This document shows, piece after piece, positions 50,669 through 64,000 of a DNA stretch of 64,000 nucleotides. Source of the stretch: Mobula hypostoma (taxonomy: Eukaryota); NCBI RefSeq assembly GCF_963921235.1, contig NC_086109.1:4342001-4406000 (forward strand), in the 5' to 3' direction. Numbering within the stretch: position 1 is the first letter of the stretch; every line of letters begins with the position of its first letter. Both the position numbers and the translations under genes were made by a program. The notes under the pieces are model-generated. The model saw only the letters and a program-made list of their open reading frames with translations. It was not told the DNA's origin and searched no databases.

Positions 50669-51037
50669 CTGGGGGAAAAATATTGGAACTCAAAATCTAC
50701 AACTTCAGGTGACGTAATCTCTGTCCATATCAGTCGTCTAACTGTGATGTTGGCTCATTTCAGATGTTTTTTTTTCTGTACTTTTCTTTGTCCTCTGGGA
50801 GTGAAGGACATCCCCAGATAAATCTGCTGGGTCTGCCTCCCCTCCTGCTCTCTGTTTTGCAACTTCTACGTGCTGTTGGCTATCAGTCCTGATGAGGATC
50901 TTTAACTCACTTTGCCAATCCCCTCGCTGGACTGTGGTGGACTGCAGACTACTGCAGCATTCTGCGGCTCAGCTCAGGACTTTTTATTGCGTGGCTGTAT
51001 CTTACTGATATCTTTATGTGCTTGCTATCTTGTACAT

Positions 51038-52248
51038 CAGCGGTCTCCAACCACCGGGCCGCGGACCAGTACCAGGCCGCAAAGCATGTGCTACCGGGCC
51101 GCGAGGAAACGATATGATTTGCCGATAGGAGTCAGCTGGACCTTTCCTCATTCCCGGTCACGGCCACTGTTGAGCCATTACGCATGCGAGGTCATTACCC
51201 ACGCGTCATCCATGTCAGCTCGGGAAAGAGATCAACTCCTCGAGCTTGCAAATGATGGCAGGCTGAGAAGTATGTTTGACATAACATCTCTGTCGGCATT
51301 CCGGATCAAAGTCAAGGCTAAATATCCTGAGATAGCCACAAAAGCACTGAAAACGTTGCTTCCATTTCCAACATTTTTCTGAGAAGCGGAGTTTTCTGCA
51401 ATGAATGCAACGAAAACTAAATTGCGGAATAGACTGGACATAAGGAACCCCCTTTGAGTATTGCTGTCTCCCATCACCCCTCGATAGGACCGTCTTGTTG
51501 CCGGGAAACAAGCCCAGGGCTCCCACTGATTCAGCAATATTGGTGTGTTGCACTGATTTTATATGTTCATATGGGGAAAATATGCACTGTGTGTTTAATA
51601 TCCAAACGTTACTTAAAATGTTATGATGATATTGGTTTATATACAAGTATAGCACGGAAACAGGCCATCTCGGCCCTTCTAGTCTGTGCTGAACGCTACT
51701 CTCACCTAGTCCCGCCGACCTGCACTCAGCCCATAACCCTCCATTCCTTTCCTGTCCATAAACCTGTACAATTTTTCTTTAAATGATAATATCGAACCTG
51801 CTTCTGCCACTTCTACTGGAAGCTCGTTCAACACTTACTTCAAGCTCCCCTGATAATTGACTTATCACTATATTCATGCCAGGAAAATATGTGCTGTGTG
51901 TTTAATATTAAATTCATTAGATAAACGCTTTTAGAAATGAAATTGAGCGTATTAGCCACTTATCACCTATATTCCGGTCGTGATTAATACCCCCCCGCCA
52001 CCCGAACAGAATCGCCAAAAAAGATTTGCAGGGGAAAGAAAATCGGCAGGTGACGACGCGCATGCGTACTGGTGCCCGCGCAAGGCTTCATGGTCATTGT
52101 AGTCTTTACGGTGTAAACACAACATATTTGACTGCTACTCTTGTCCGTTGGCAACCCTACCCCCCCTCACCCACCCGGGTCGGCCAGTCCGCAAGAATAT
52201 TGTTAATATTCAACCGGTCCGCAGTGCAAAAAAGGTTGGGGATCCCTG
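51038..52248 (+). mobile_element. hAT (Charlie-type) deletion derivative with 8-bp TSD TTGTACAT
   Basis: TIRs cagcggtctccaacc / ggttggggatccctg; TSD at 51030-51037 and 52249-52256; hAT dimerisation-domain remnant KYPEIATKALKTLLPFPT...FSAMNATKTKLRNRLDI. Confidence 0.88.
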
Positions 52249-52690
52249 TTGTACATGCTATGTGTGCTTTGTGCTGTGTGTGACTGCTGGTATTGTGTTT
52301 TGTACCTTGGTCCTGGAGTAATGCTGTCTCGCTTGGCTGTATTCATGAGTATTCATGTATGGTTGAATGATTATTAAACTTGAATTGAATTGAAATGAGT
52401 TTTGTCCAACAATGATGGTCACCCCAGTTTTACCCCGTCAGAGATAATCCCCTCCAGCCACCCCCCAGCCTGTAGATTAACAAAATTCTTTTGCTTCCTT
52501 CCCTAGTATTCAACCTGAAACATTATGTCTGTTATTGTGCCCCACAGTGTGGTCTGAACTGCAGAACATGGCCAGGAGGTTCAGGACATGAATTTCTGGT
52601 CCCATCAGACTGATGACAAATCCTCTTTTTTTTCAGCTCTTTGGTCCATTGGACCTTCACTTGCTCTCGAAATCGAAACATATTTTTGAG

Positions 52691-52920
52691 GTGGTACGGT
52701 AGCGTAGTGGTTAGCGTAACACTATTACAGTGCCAGTGACCCGGGTTCAATTCCCACTGCTGTCTGTAAGGAGCTTGTATGTTCTCCACGTGACCATGTG
52801 ACCTCTGGGTGCTCTGGGTTTCCTCCCACAGTTCGGAGATGTACGGGTTAGTAGGTTAATTGGTTACACGGGTGTAATTGGGCACCATGGGTTCGTTGGG
52901 CTGGAAGGACCTGTTACCAT
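52691..52920 (+). mobile_element. tRNA-derived V-SINE (HE1-like); other copies at about 10575-10850 (+), 41005-41240 (+) and 41370-41545 (-)
   Basis: Pol III A box (tagcgtagtgg) and B box (ggttcaattcc), followed by the V-domain-like gggtgctctgggtttcctcccacag. Confidence 0.75.
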
Positions 52921-55900
52921 TCAGAAGAAGGAGGGGTGACCTATTTGAAACATCGAATGGTGAAAGGCCTTGATAGAGTGGATGTGGAGAGGATATTTCC
53001 TATGGCAGGAGAGTCTAGGACCAGAGGACACAGCGTCAGTATAGAAGGGCGTCCATTTAAAACAGAGGAATTTCTTTAGCCAGAGAGTGGTGAATCTGTG
53101 GAATTCATTGCCACAAGCAGCTGTTGTGGCCAAATCTTTATGTATATTTAAGGCACAAGTAGATAGATCCTTGATTAGTCAAAACATGAAGGGATACAGG
53201 GAGAAGGCAGGAGATTGGGGCTGGGAGGAATAATGGATCAGCCATGATGAAATGGTGGAGCAGACTCGATGGGCCAAATGGCCTAATTCTGCTCCTGTGT
53301 CTTATGGTCATATGGTTACCACGCTGTATCTCTAACTAAATAGATAGATAGAAAGACAAGTAACATTTAATCTCATCTCCTCAGCTCTTTATGGGGTTAG
53401 TATGAGTCCGTGCTCTGAAATCAAATGACCTGTCTGCTGGATGGGAAACTTTGGCACAGACAGACAATATTATCTAACCGCTAAAGGACTGTATGGAGAA
53501 CGATCTCATGTGGCCATCTGGGGTAGGGGTGTTCCAGGGCTTCACAGATGCACAGACTCAAACAGCACAGAAAGAGTCCCTTCAGCCCATATAGTCCATT
53601 CCAACCCAGCTGCCCATTAACATTCGCTCTAAGTTTTTTTTTAACCAACTGCACAGACCAACTGTTGCTCTGAGCAGGAAATTTTTACATGGCCGAAAAA
53701 TTGCGTGGCATTTTAAATGTCCACATAAAAGAAAATTCCATCTGCACGGCAACGAAGGCTATGTGCGCGGGAGCATTTCAGTTTCTGCGCAGAAGCACAG
53801 ATTAGGTGGAATAGTGCTGCCCACAGAAGTTATTAAGTAAATTATCATTAAGTTTAAAACAGTCAACCACTTAATTAGGCTTGTAATATTTTTAACAATG
53901 AACTTAAATTTGTGTCATATTTTGGATATTTTTTTAAATCTCCCAATGAGCTAATATTTCCATCGTAACAATGAGCAACCCATGCTTTTCCCCAGCATTA
54001 AGGAATTTTTTAACCTAAAATTATTATTTTTTTCCAAGCATTTTCAAATGAATTTTACGGAATATTTTCCAGCTCCCCGGTATCAGGATATTTCCCCAGG
54101 CCGGGCAGTCTCAAACCTGGGATCACATCCTCAAGGGGTCGGCCATTCAAGACCAAGATGAGCAGAAATTTCTTCTCTTGGAGGGCTTTGAACCATTGCA
54201 AACCTCTCCCCACAGAGAGGCTCAGTCAATATCTGTTTACAAGGCAGAGATCAACAGATTTTAGGACCTGCGGGGACCAACAAGATGAGCAGAAGTAACA
54301 AGATCGTGCCAGCTATTTTCCCTCAGGATTCACTATCCTGTCCCATCTTCACATCCCTCTCACATCCAGACATCTGTCAGGGGTAAGTGACTGCGGCAAA
54401 TCCTAACCCAATAGCATCTTCAATAAGGTGTTGAACTGCAGTCTCCATTCAGGTCACAACTCAGATTTAGTTGATTTTTTTTAGGTTCATAGCTGGTTTG
54501 AGGGGTGAGGGGAGTTAGAGAGCAGGTTAGTGTTTAGTGACAGAAATGTAGGAGAATTATAGAACAGGCTAGATTCTAAGCCTCTGTATTCAAAATGGTC
54601 TGGTGTTGAACCCACAGACCAGGACAGGCAACTGCTGGAGTCATCAGCGTGTTCTGGGATTAGTGTCCCGTGTGGCCAGGAGAAAGGAGGGTCGTGATCC
54701 CCAAGGTACGCAAATCATGAGAGTGGAGTTCGAGGCCTCGTGTCCCTTGTCGTTGTTGGCGAGTCCAGAGCTCCAGGCCTAGATTTTGCATCATCACCCA
54801 GAGTCTTAATTCTCCATCATCGGTGAATGCTGGGTCAACAGTGAAGGTCGATCAGAAGTTCAGAAATGGAGGCCTGACGGCCACAGCCCCACGTCTGCAA
54901 ATCTCTGCGAGTCCGCTGTGGAAGTGGAAGGCGTAATGTCTGCAAATCCACAAGTCCGCTGGGGGGCAGGGGCCAAAGAGGACAACAAGACTGGGGTTAT
55001 TGGATTTTGTACAGGTGGGTGGGAAGGAGGCACAAGGCTTGTTTTACTGTTGTTGTTTTGTTGCTTGGTATGTTCTGCAGTTTTGCTGAGCACTGAGGGC
55101 ATGCTGTGTAGCACTGGAATGTACGGCAACACTTGCGGGTTGTTCCCAGTCATCACTGGGTGTGTTAGTTGTTAATGTAAACTGCACATTTCACTGTTCA
55201 AAACTCTTTTAGTTACCCTAGATTTTTTATATCAAGCTTCCCAACCTTTTTTTTAATGCCATGGACCACAGGTTGTGAAACCTTGTATTATATGGTCTTT
55301 GATCAAATGGCACAAAACCCTGATCTTGACATCATCGAGGCTGTCTGGCATTACCTGGAGAAACAGAAGCAAGTGAGACTTCCAAAGTCTGCAGAAGAAC
55401 TGTGACAAGTTTCCAAGATGCTTGGAACAACCCACCAGCCAATGTTCTTATAAAACTGCACGACAGTGTACTAAGGGGATTGATGCAGTTCTAAAGGCAA
55501 AGGTTGGTCACATCAAATATTGATTTGATTTAGTTTTTTATTGTTTGCTGCTCTTTATTGTAATTTTTTTTATTTGTTAAAAATTTTTCATTTTATTATT
55601 TTTGAAAGCATCTTCACGTTGCAGAATTTTTTTACAATGTGCCTAAGACTTTGGCACAGTACTAAATGTTTCTATGTGCATAGAACATAGAACAGTACAG
55701 CACAGAACAGGCCCTTCGGCCCACAATGTTGTGCCGAACCAGCTGAAAAGCAAAACAAAAACACCCGAACACTAATCCCTCCTACCTACACCATGTCCAT
55801 ATCCCTCCATCTTCCTTACATCCACGTACCTATCCAAACGCCTTTGTTTTTCAATCTTTTTATCAGTTTCAATATCAAACAGATTACAAAAAGTAAGTAC

Positions 55901-57470
55901 ATAATAATTGGGTTTATATTAATTCATAATAATTATTGGAATTTACAGTCAGGTAACACATGGTTAGAGACATCCCAAAATCACACAGATTAGCAACAAA
56001 ATATATAAGGAGTATACATAAAATATAAAAATATCGTTTAAAAAAAACAGAAAAAGAAAAAAAAAGCCCCTAAAAAAAAGAACTAATCTACCCAAACTAA
56101 AGAAAAAAAAAGGGCTATTTTGATACCTTAGATAGAACAAATAGTGTTGTCACTTCCGCTCCTCTCCCTATGTAATGAAATCACAAAGTAGATTTGGCAA
56201 GGGTCAAATTACATCACATGGAAGTATTGAATAAATGGTCTCCAAGTCTCATCAAATTTAATAGATGGGTCAGAAATGACACTTCTAATTTTTTCAAGAT
56301 TTAAACAAGCTCTTAAAAGTGCCTCTTAAAAGCCTCTAATGTATTTGCCTCTACCAGCACACCTGGAAGGGCATTCTAGGCACCATCGTCTGAGCAAAAA
56401 ACCTACCCCTCACATCCCCTTTGAACTTTACCCCACTCAATGTATATCAAGGGTTTTGGGGAAAAGGCAGGTAGGTGGAGATGAGTCCATGGCCAGATCA
56501 GCCATGATCTTATTGAATGGTAGAGCATACTTGACAGGCCAGGTGGCCTACTTCTGCTCCTATTTCTAATGTTCTTATATTCTGGTACTAGACACTTCAA
56601 ACTGGGAAAAAGGTAATCCTTGTCTACTCTATCTATGTCTCTCATAATCTTGTAAACTTCTATCAGATCTCCTCTCAGCCTCTACCGCTCCAGAGAAAAC
56701 AACCCAAGTTTATCCAGTATCTCGTGATAGCATAAACCAAACAGCATTCTGGTAAACCTCTTCTGCACCATTTCCAAAGCCTCAGCATCCTTCCTATACA
56801 AGGACAACCAGAACTGTATGCAAAACATTTGATAAATAAATCTATATTTGAGAATAAGCAGCCATCAGATGACAAACAGGAAACAACTTCTGCGCCACAT
56901 GAGTACCAGGCAGCTATCACCTCCTGTAGGGGACAATGTTTCCACCTACCACTGATATTCTTTGCCATACGGCCACCAAACACCTCACCATCATCAGCCC
57001 AGGATTCTGACTCGCCCCAAGTTAAGGAGTGGTCAACCATGCAGAAGGGTCTCAAAGGCAAGATGCTGGAAACCTGAAGTAAAAATAGAAGAAATTTTTC
57101 CTCATCTCAGCCCGAATGGCCAATTCTTCAGTTTGAGACTTTGACCTCTAGTTTCAGAATCCTCAACTAGAGAATCATCAACAAGTATCTAATGTTCCAA
57201 TGACATTCCCTTCCATTCTCCTGCCAATCAATCCCACACTGGACAGATGCAGTATCTCAGGAACCAGTCTGGTGAACCTTCACTCTACTCCTCCTCAGCA
57301 AGTGCAGTGAACTCTCACATTCCAGCTGTTCAAGTAAAGAAATTTGCCTTTGGAGAATTCCATAAGACATAGGAGCAATTTAGGCTATTCGGCCCATCGC
57401 CTGCTCTGCCATTATGACCAACTTAGAATTCACAAATAACTACCGAAAGAAATGAGATAGGGAATAAAAC

Positions 57471-57476
57471 TTTATT
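57471..57476 (-). terminator. Putative polyadenylation signal of the minus-strand gene
   Basis: TTTATT on + (AATAAA on -) about 450 nt past the stop, near the end of the unique AT-rich block. Confidence 0.5.
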
Positions 57477-57919
57477 CTTACAAATTTATGAGTTTAAAAA
57501 TTAAGTAAGTGAACAGAAAAGATAAAGACCGATTCGGCCAAAGGTCATAGGCTGATGGTGAACATTGATATTAGCGTCCAGAGTTAGACAGTTGAATACG
57601 TGATCAAGACTGGAATTCTGGAATGATTACAAGCACAGGGAAAGACCATTTGCCCATTATGTCCATTTCAATACGCTATTGGTACAAGAGGCTTGAAATT
57701 TCCTTAAAATATTCCTATTCACAATGCATTTTTAGTAAACAAAGTAAAATTCTTTTACACTTATACAAAGAAAACTGCTGGAGGATGCAATAACTGATTT
57801 GTTCTCAGGTTTTCTTCATTGTCACCCAGAACCTGCTGAGCCAAGGACAGGAATGTTCCCACAGGTGGAGGTTCATCACTAATGTATCTTCAATTATCTC
57901 AGTGTGTCTGCTTCTTCAT

Positions 57920-57941
57920 TCATTCTTGAATGTTATAGGAT
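57920..57941 (-). CDS. Last coding exon of the convergent membrane protein: (G)SYNIQE*
   Basis: Minus-strand ctaat plus long T tract tttttctattttag| acceptor. Phase 2 completes the Gly from the TM exon; TGA at 57922-57920; unique AT-rich 3' UTR follows. Confidence 0.6.
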
Positions 57942-58434
57942 CTAAAATAGAAAAACAACAAAAAAATTAGTGGCAAAGTAGAATGTGATGAACTTTTAAA
58001 CTTGTAAAAACAGCTGTGCTATCTAAGGTACTGTGAAATGCAAAGTATCCTGCTGACAGTTCAATTCCAGGGATTCAGGAATGGAGAAAGGTCCTGTACT
58101 TCCACTCTAACATGGCAGTTAGTCCTCCAAGAGTACCATAACCTTCTCACGGTTTGGAGGCTTGAGTGCCTCAGTGACCCGGAGAGCTATGTCGGCTGGA
58201 GTCAGGGCTTTATGCTTTGGCTCTTGGTAGGGTCACCCATGCCAAACAGGTCAAAGGGTAGAGGTCAGACTAACAGTGGTCCACCAGTCCTCCAAGTTCA
58301 GGGGTTCAGCTCAGGGGTAACAACTCTGTCTAGTAAAACAAAACTGTTACAGAAACAGCAATGAAGAATCCTTCTACATCTGAGTGTAACGGTATTCCTG
58401 AGTCTCCACCGGGACTTGCATGACTCACAGTAAA

Positions 58435-60030
58435 CCATAAGACTATAAGATATAGGAGCTGAATTAGGCCATTTGGCTCATCAAGTCTGCTCTGCCATTT
58501 CATCATGGCTGATCCATTTTCCTTCTCAGCCCCAATCTCCTGACCTCTCCCGTATCCCCTCACACCCTGACCAATCAAGATTCTATCAATCTCTGCCTTA
58601 AATATACCCAATAACTTGGCTTCCATAGTCATCTGTGGCAAAGAATTCTACAGATTCGCCACTCTGGCTAAACAAATTCCTCCTTATCTCCATCCAAAAA
58701 GAATGATCCACTATTCTGGAGCTGTGTCCTCTGGTTTTAGATTCACCCATCATAGGAAACATCCTCTCCACATCCACTCTATCAAGGCCTTTCTATATTT
58801 GATAGTTTTCAATGAGGTCACCCCTCATTCTTCTCAATTCCAGTGAATATGGCTCAGAGCCATCAAACACTCTTCACATAACAAGCCATTCAATCCTGCA
58901 TCATTTTCGTGAATCTCCTTTGAACCCTGAAGTCCCACAATACTCCAAGTGAGGCCTCACTAGTGCTTTATAAAGCCTCAACATTATATCCTTGCTTTTG
59001 AAACAGATGCTAACATTGCATTTGCCTTCCTCACCACAGACTCAACATGCAAATTAACCTTTAGGGGATTCTGCACAAGGACTCTCAAGTCCCTTTGCAC
59101 CTCAAATTTTTGAATTTTCACTCCATTTAGTCTACCCTTGCATTTCTCCTACCAAAGTGCACGACCAGGCACTTCCTGACACTGGATTCTACCTGCCACT
59201 TCTTTGCCCATTCTCCTAATCTGACTAAGTCCCTCTGTAGCCTCTCTACTTCCTCAAAACTACCTGCCCCTCCGCCTATATTCATATTGTCTGCGAACTT
59301 TGCAACATAGCCATCAATTCCATCATTGAAATCATTGACACTTAACGTAAAATGGAATCGTTCCCAGTATCTAGTCACAGTACTAGTCACTGGCAGCCAA
59401 TCAGAAAATGCTCCCTTTTTCCCCCACTCTGTGTCTCCTGCCAATCAGCCACTACTTTGTCCATGTTAGTATCTTTCCTGTAATACCATGGACTCTTAAC
59501 TTGTTTTGCAGCCTCACATGTGGCACCTTTCCAAAGGCCTTCTGAAAATTCAGGACCACAACATCCAACAATTCTCCTTTGTCTATCCTGTTTGTTATTT
59601 CTTCAAAAAATTCCTTCAGATTTGTCAGGGAAGATTTTCCCTTGAGGAAACCATGTTAACTATGGCCTATTTTATCATGTGCCTCACATACCCCAGAAAT
59701 ACATCATTAACAATCGACTCCAACAGCTTTCCAACCACTGAAATCAAATTAACTGCCTGATAATTTCCTTTCTTCTGCCTCCCTCCCCTCTCAAAGAATG
59801 GAGTGACATTTGCAATTTTCCATTCCTCCAGAACCATGCCAGAATCAATTGTTCTGACTCTTGAAAGATCATTATTAACGCCTCCACAATCTCTTCAGTC
59901 ACCTCCTTCAGAACCCTGGGGTGTACATCATCTGGTCCAGGTGGCTTACCTACCTTCAGACATTTCAGTTTCCCAAAAACATTATCTATAGTAATGGCAA
60001 CTTCACACACTTCTGCCCTCTGACACTCTA
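58435..60030 (-). mobile_element. Decayed CR1 3' half
   Basis: Minus ORFs with [22 protein letters not shown] and a CR1 3' UTR. Confidence 0.85.
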
Positions 60031-61363
60031 AAACCAAGCCACCAACATGATGAAGGAAGCCCTGAACACCACCAGAGATGGAGGACCTTCATTACTGCTC
60101 TGAACACCAGTAGCATAACGGGCAGTCTGTAAGTCAGTGTTAGCAGCTTCCAACATCACTGTATTTGTATACACCTGTACGTGAGTCATTATATTTTACC
60201 ATAGTACCATTTAGGAAAGGTTCACAAACTTCATGCCATGGGTTCCTACCGTTAGCCGAGGGTGTCCGTCAAGCCCAGGCTGGGGATCTCTGGTTAGAGG
60301 AACAGAGTGCCCAACTGTGGAGCAGCCCAGTGATTGTGTTGCAGATGTAAATCCCACAAGTATCTCAACAGGAACATGAATACCTTAATGGCTGCACCAA
60401 ATTGTAGTTACATCCCTGCTCCTGTTATGCCCAGGGGCTCTTCACAGCCAATGTAATGCTTCACCGTTAAAACATCAGAAGCACAACAGCCAAATGATGC
60501 ACAGAAAGCTCCCATAAACTACTGACTGGTCACAGGCAAATGACAATGTTTACTGTGTCTGCAGAATGAACGTTGTCCAGAGCACTGAGGATAATCCTCC
60601 TGTTCTCTGAGAAGTAGTGCTGACAGATCGTTCCATTAGACCAATAGATACAGGAGATATAGGGCAGCTTGTCCCATTGAGCCTGCTCCGCCATTCCATC
60701 ATGGCTGATTCATTATCCCTCTCAATTCCATTCTCCTGCCTTCCCCACGTTACCTTTGCTGCCCTGACTAATCAAGAGCCTATCAACCCAATGTCTTGGC
60801 CTCCACAGTTGTCTGTGGCAATGAAGGCTTATACTCTCTGGAATTTAGAAGATTGAGGGGGGATCTGATTGAAACATATAAAATTCGAAAGGGATTGGAC
60901 AGGCTAGATGCAGGAAGATTGTTTCCAATGTTGGGGAAGTCCAGAATGAGGGGTCACAGTTTAAGGAAAAAGGGGAAGCCTTTTAGGACCAAGATGAGGA
61001 AAAACTTCTTCACACAGAGAGTGGTGAATCTGTGGAATTCTCTGCCACAGGAAACAGTTGAGGCCAGTTCATTGGCTATATTTAAGAGGGAGTTAGATAT
61101 GGCCCTTGTGGCTAAAGGGATCAGGGGGTATGGAGAGAAGACAGGTATAGGGTTCTGAATAGCAGTGCAGGCTCGAAGGGCCGAATGGCCTGCTCCTGCA
61201 CCTATTTTCTATGTTTCTAATTCCACAGATTCACCACCCACTGATGGAAGAAATTCCTCCTCTTCTCATTCCAACACATTCCCAACCATTACCAAGCAAG
61301 TACTGGTAGCATGGTTTGAGATGCTTACAAAGAAGACACTGAGATACGTAGGTTTGCTCTTAC

Positions 61364-61460
61364 CCCTGCTTCATATATCGATTAACGGCTAAGCTGATGG
61401 CGACAGTGGTGGTGACGGCAGCGGTGGTGATGCCAGCCACCATGACTCCGATGGAAGTAA
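61364..61460 (-). CDS. Transmembrane exon of a convergent type I membrane protein: TSIGVMVAGITTAAVTTTVAISLAVNRYMKQG
   Basis: Minus-strand ttgtttcagtttcag| acceptor and GG|gtaaga donor; 97 nt, phase 1 to phase 2. 25 uncharged residues followed by a basic stop-transfer segment (NRYMK). Confidence 0.7.
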
Positions 61461-61877
61461 CTGAAACTGAAACAACGTCTGAGTATAAAACATAGTACAG
61501 GAACAGAACCTTCAGCGCACGATGGCCAGGGAGTGGTGGCAGCTATTCCGGCACTTCCCTGCAGCAGCGCTCAAAACCAACCTAACCGCAAGGGACCGAT
61601 CCGCTCTCCCCCCCCCCCCCATTGTAGGAACATGAAAGAGAGCAGCAGCGTTTGTCCTTTCGAGTCCCCCCCAACTCAACGAGATTAAATCAGAGTTTTA
61701 CATCACCTCTACCTGCACACCTGACACTACCTAACTTCGCACAGCTTTCACTGAGGTTAACAAAACTGCATTAGTTGGCACACAGTGTGGTCACCACATG
61801 AGCCCCTGCTCCTCACTGGACAATAAAGCATTAAGTTCTCTAAGTAGTTTACACCTTCTCACTCACCAATCCTCATA

Positions 61878-62545
61878 GAGGGGTCAGAAATGGACAGAGT
61901 GAGCAATTTCAAGTTCCTGGGTGTCAAGATCTTTGAGGACCTGACCTGGTCCCAACATATTGATGCAGCTATAAAGAAGGCAAGACAGCAGCTATATTCC
62001 ATTAGGAGTTTGGGAAGATTTGGTTTGTCAACTAAAACTTCTGCACATGTACCTTGGAGAGCAATCTGACAGACCGTATCACTGTCTCTACAGGGGTCCT
62101 ACTGCACAGGATTGAAAGAAGCTACAGAAAATTGTAAAATTAGTCATTCCATCATGGGAATCAGCCTCCATTGTATCCAAGACAGCTTCAAGGAGCGGTG
62201 TCTCAGAAAGGCAGCGTCCATCATTAAGGTCCCACACCATCCAGGACATGCCCCCTTCTCATTGTTACCATCAGGAAGGAGGTACAGAAGCCAGAAGGCA
62301 CACACTCAGTGATTCAGGTACAGCTTCTTCCCCTCTGCCATCCAATTCCTAAATGGACATTGCACCCATGAACAAAACCTCACTTTTTAATTATTTCCGC
62401 TTTTGCACTATTTTTAATTTAGTATATATTTAATGAAATTGATTTAATTATTTTTTTCTACATTATCATGTATTGCATTGTACTGCTGCCGTTAAGTTAA
62501 CAAATTTCTCAACCAATGCCGGTGATATTAAACGTGACTCTGAAG
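61878..62545 (+). mobile_element. Decayed Rex1/Babar-type LINE fragment
   Basis: FKFLGV...DLTWS..I...IKKARQQLYSIRSL; HPGHAPFSLLPSGRRYRS. Confidence 0.65.
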
Positions 62546-62849
62546 ACGTAAATGTTCAAACTGGGCACACACGCAGTAGGATGGAGCTCAGGCGGATGTG
62601 ATAGGGAGAAGTCAGGGTATAGCTCCAGCGGACCTGAAAGGGCGAACCAGGGGCGGCCACAGAGAAGGCACCACAGGAAATGGCAGCAGGGTCATGAGCA
62701 GGGAGATGGGAAGAAAAACTTGAAGGCACATTTTAAGGTGAGAAGCCAAAGATTTATAGTGGGCCTGAGGGGCAAGCTTTTTACTATGAAGGTGTTGGGT
62801 ATGTGGAACAAGCTGTCAAAGAAGGTTGTAGATCAGGCACAATTACAAG

Positions 62850-64000
62850 GGAGGGAGGCAGAAGACAGGATGTTATAGACCAGTTAGCCTGACTTCATTG
62901 GTGGGAAGATGTTGAAGTCAGTTATTAGGGATGAGGTTTCGGGATTCTTGGAAGTACATGATAAATTAAGCTAGAGTCAGCGTGGTTTTCTTACAGGGAA
63001 ATCTTGCCTTATAAATCTGCTGGAATTCTCTGAGGAAATGACAGGTAGGGTAGACAAAGGAGAGTCAGAGGATGTTGTTTACTTGGATTTTCAGGTCTTT
63101 GACAAGGTGCTGCACATGAGACTGCTTAACGAGATAACAGCACATGGTATTGCAAGAAAGGTACTAGCATGGATAGAAGGCTGCTGGCAGGCAGGGAACC
63201 GAGTGTGGGAATAAAGGAGGTCTTTTCTGGTTGGTTGCCAGTGACTAGTGGTGTTTCACAGGGGTAAGTGTTTGGACCACTCCTTTTCACATTATATGTG
63301 AATGATTTGGATGATGAAATTAATGGGTTTGTGACCAAGTTTCCAGATGATATGAAGATAGGTGGAGGGGCAAGTAGTGTTGAGGAAGCAGGGCATCTGC
63401 AGAAGGACTTAGACAGATTGGGAGAATGGACAAAGTGCCAGATGGAATACGGTGTAAGGCCGTGCACTTTGGTGGAAGGAATAAAGGTGCCGATTATTTT
63501 CAAAGTGGGAAAAAAATTAAAAATCAGAGGTGCAAAGGAACTTGAGAGTCCTTGTTCAGGATTCCCTAAAGTTAATTTGCGGGCTGAGTCAGTGGTAAGG
63601 AAGGCAAACACAATGCTAACATCAATTTCAAGAGGATCAGAATACAAGAGGAAGAATGTAATGCTGAGGCTTTATAAGGCATTGGTCAGACCGCACTTTG
63701 AGTATTGTGAGCAGTTTTGAGCCCCTTATCTAGGTAAGATGTTCTGGCACTGGAGAAGGTCCAGAGGAGATTCACAAGAATGATTCTGGAAATGAAAGGG
63801 TTAATGAGTAAGAAGCATTTGATGGCCCTGGGCCTGTACTCACTGGAATTTAGAAAAATGAGGGGGGAATCTTATTGAAACTAATGGAATATTTAAAGAT
63901 CTGGGTAGAGTGGATGTGCAAAGGATATATCCTATAGTAGGTGAGTCCGGGACTGGAGGTAACTTACTCTGACGAGAGGGACATCCATTTAGAACAGAGA
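62850..64000 (+). mobile_element. Decayed CR1 ORF2 fragment running off the window
   Basis: ORF 63268..63720 GPLLFTLYVNDLD...KFPDDMKIGG...[16 protein letters not shown]. Confidence 0.88.

Noticed and set aside
50764..50804. Possible + strand exon DVFFSVLFFVLWE* as a GPI/TM tail spliced from 43514
   Set aside because: Hydrophobicity comes from a T-run, the acceptor has a weak pyrimidine tract, and the segment is too short; no other support.
52691..52765. tRNA gene
   Set aside because: A and B boxes run directly into a SINE body repeated elsewhere in the window; no complete cloverleaf.
58120..58420. Possible RTE-type 5' UTR with an HDV-like ribozyme (similar unclassified repeats near 12800-13320 and 49160-49600)
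   Set aside because: Could not establish the nested pseudoknot or the family by eye; needs a covariance-model or Dfam search.

Overview
Vertebrate (eukaryotic) genomic DNA. The repeat mix (CR1, Rex1/Babar-type, Penelope-like, V-SINE) suggests a cartilaginous fish, probably a ray; this is an inference. Most of the window is decayed, often nested transposons, and most ORFs in the track are retroelement debris or noise. Two spliced genes are hidden in it. (1) On +, nine exons (4207-43666) with canonical AG/GT sites splice in frame into seven CCP/sushi domains plus a terminal 62-aa exon and an AATAAA at 43786. The first CCP is split across two exons, as in RCA-family CCP2. The terminal exon is missed by the ORF track and encodes a Cys-free seven-heptad coiled coil. 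This is a secreted, C4b-binding-protein-alpha-like RCA architecture; the signal peptide and first CCP lie upstream of the window. The five distal CCPs lack the canonical Trp, and three of them share intronic flanks, which points to lineage-specific exon duplication. (2) On -, the last two coding exons of a convergent single-pass membrane protein (TM exon 61460-61364; tail ...RYMKQGSYNIQE* ending at 57920), possibly CD46/RCA-like. Also present: Penelope-associated minimal hammerhead ribozymes, a perfect 68-bp hairpin, a 6-bp-TSD MITE, hAT/Tc1/Chapaev-like remnants and strand-asymmetric minisatellites.
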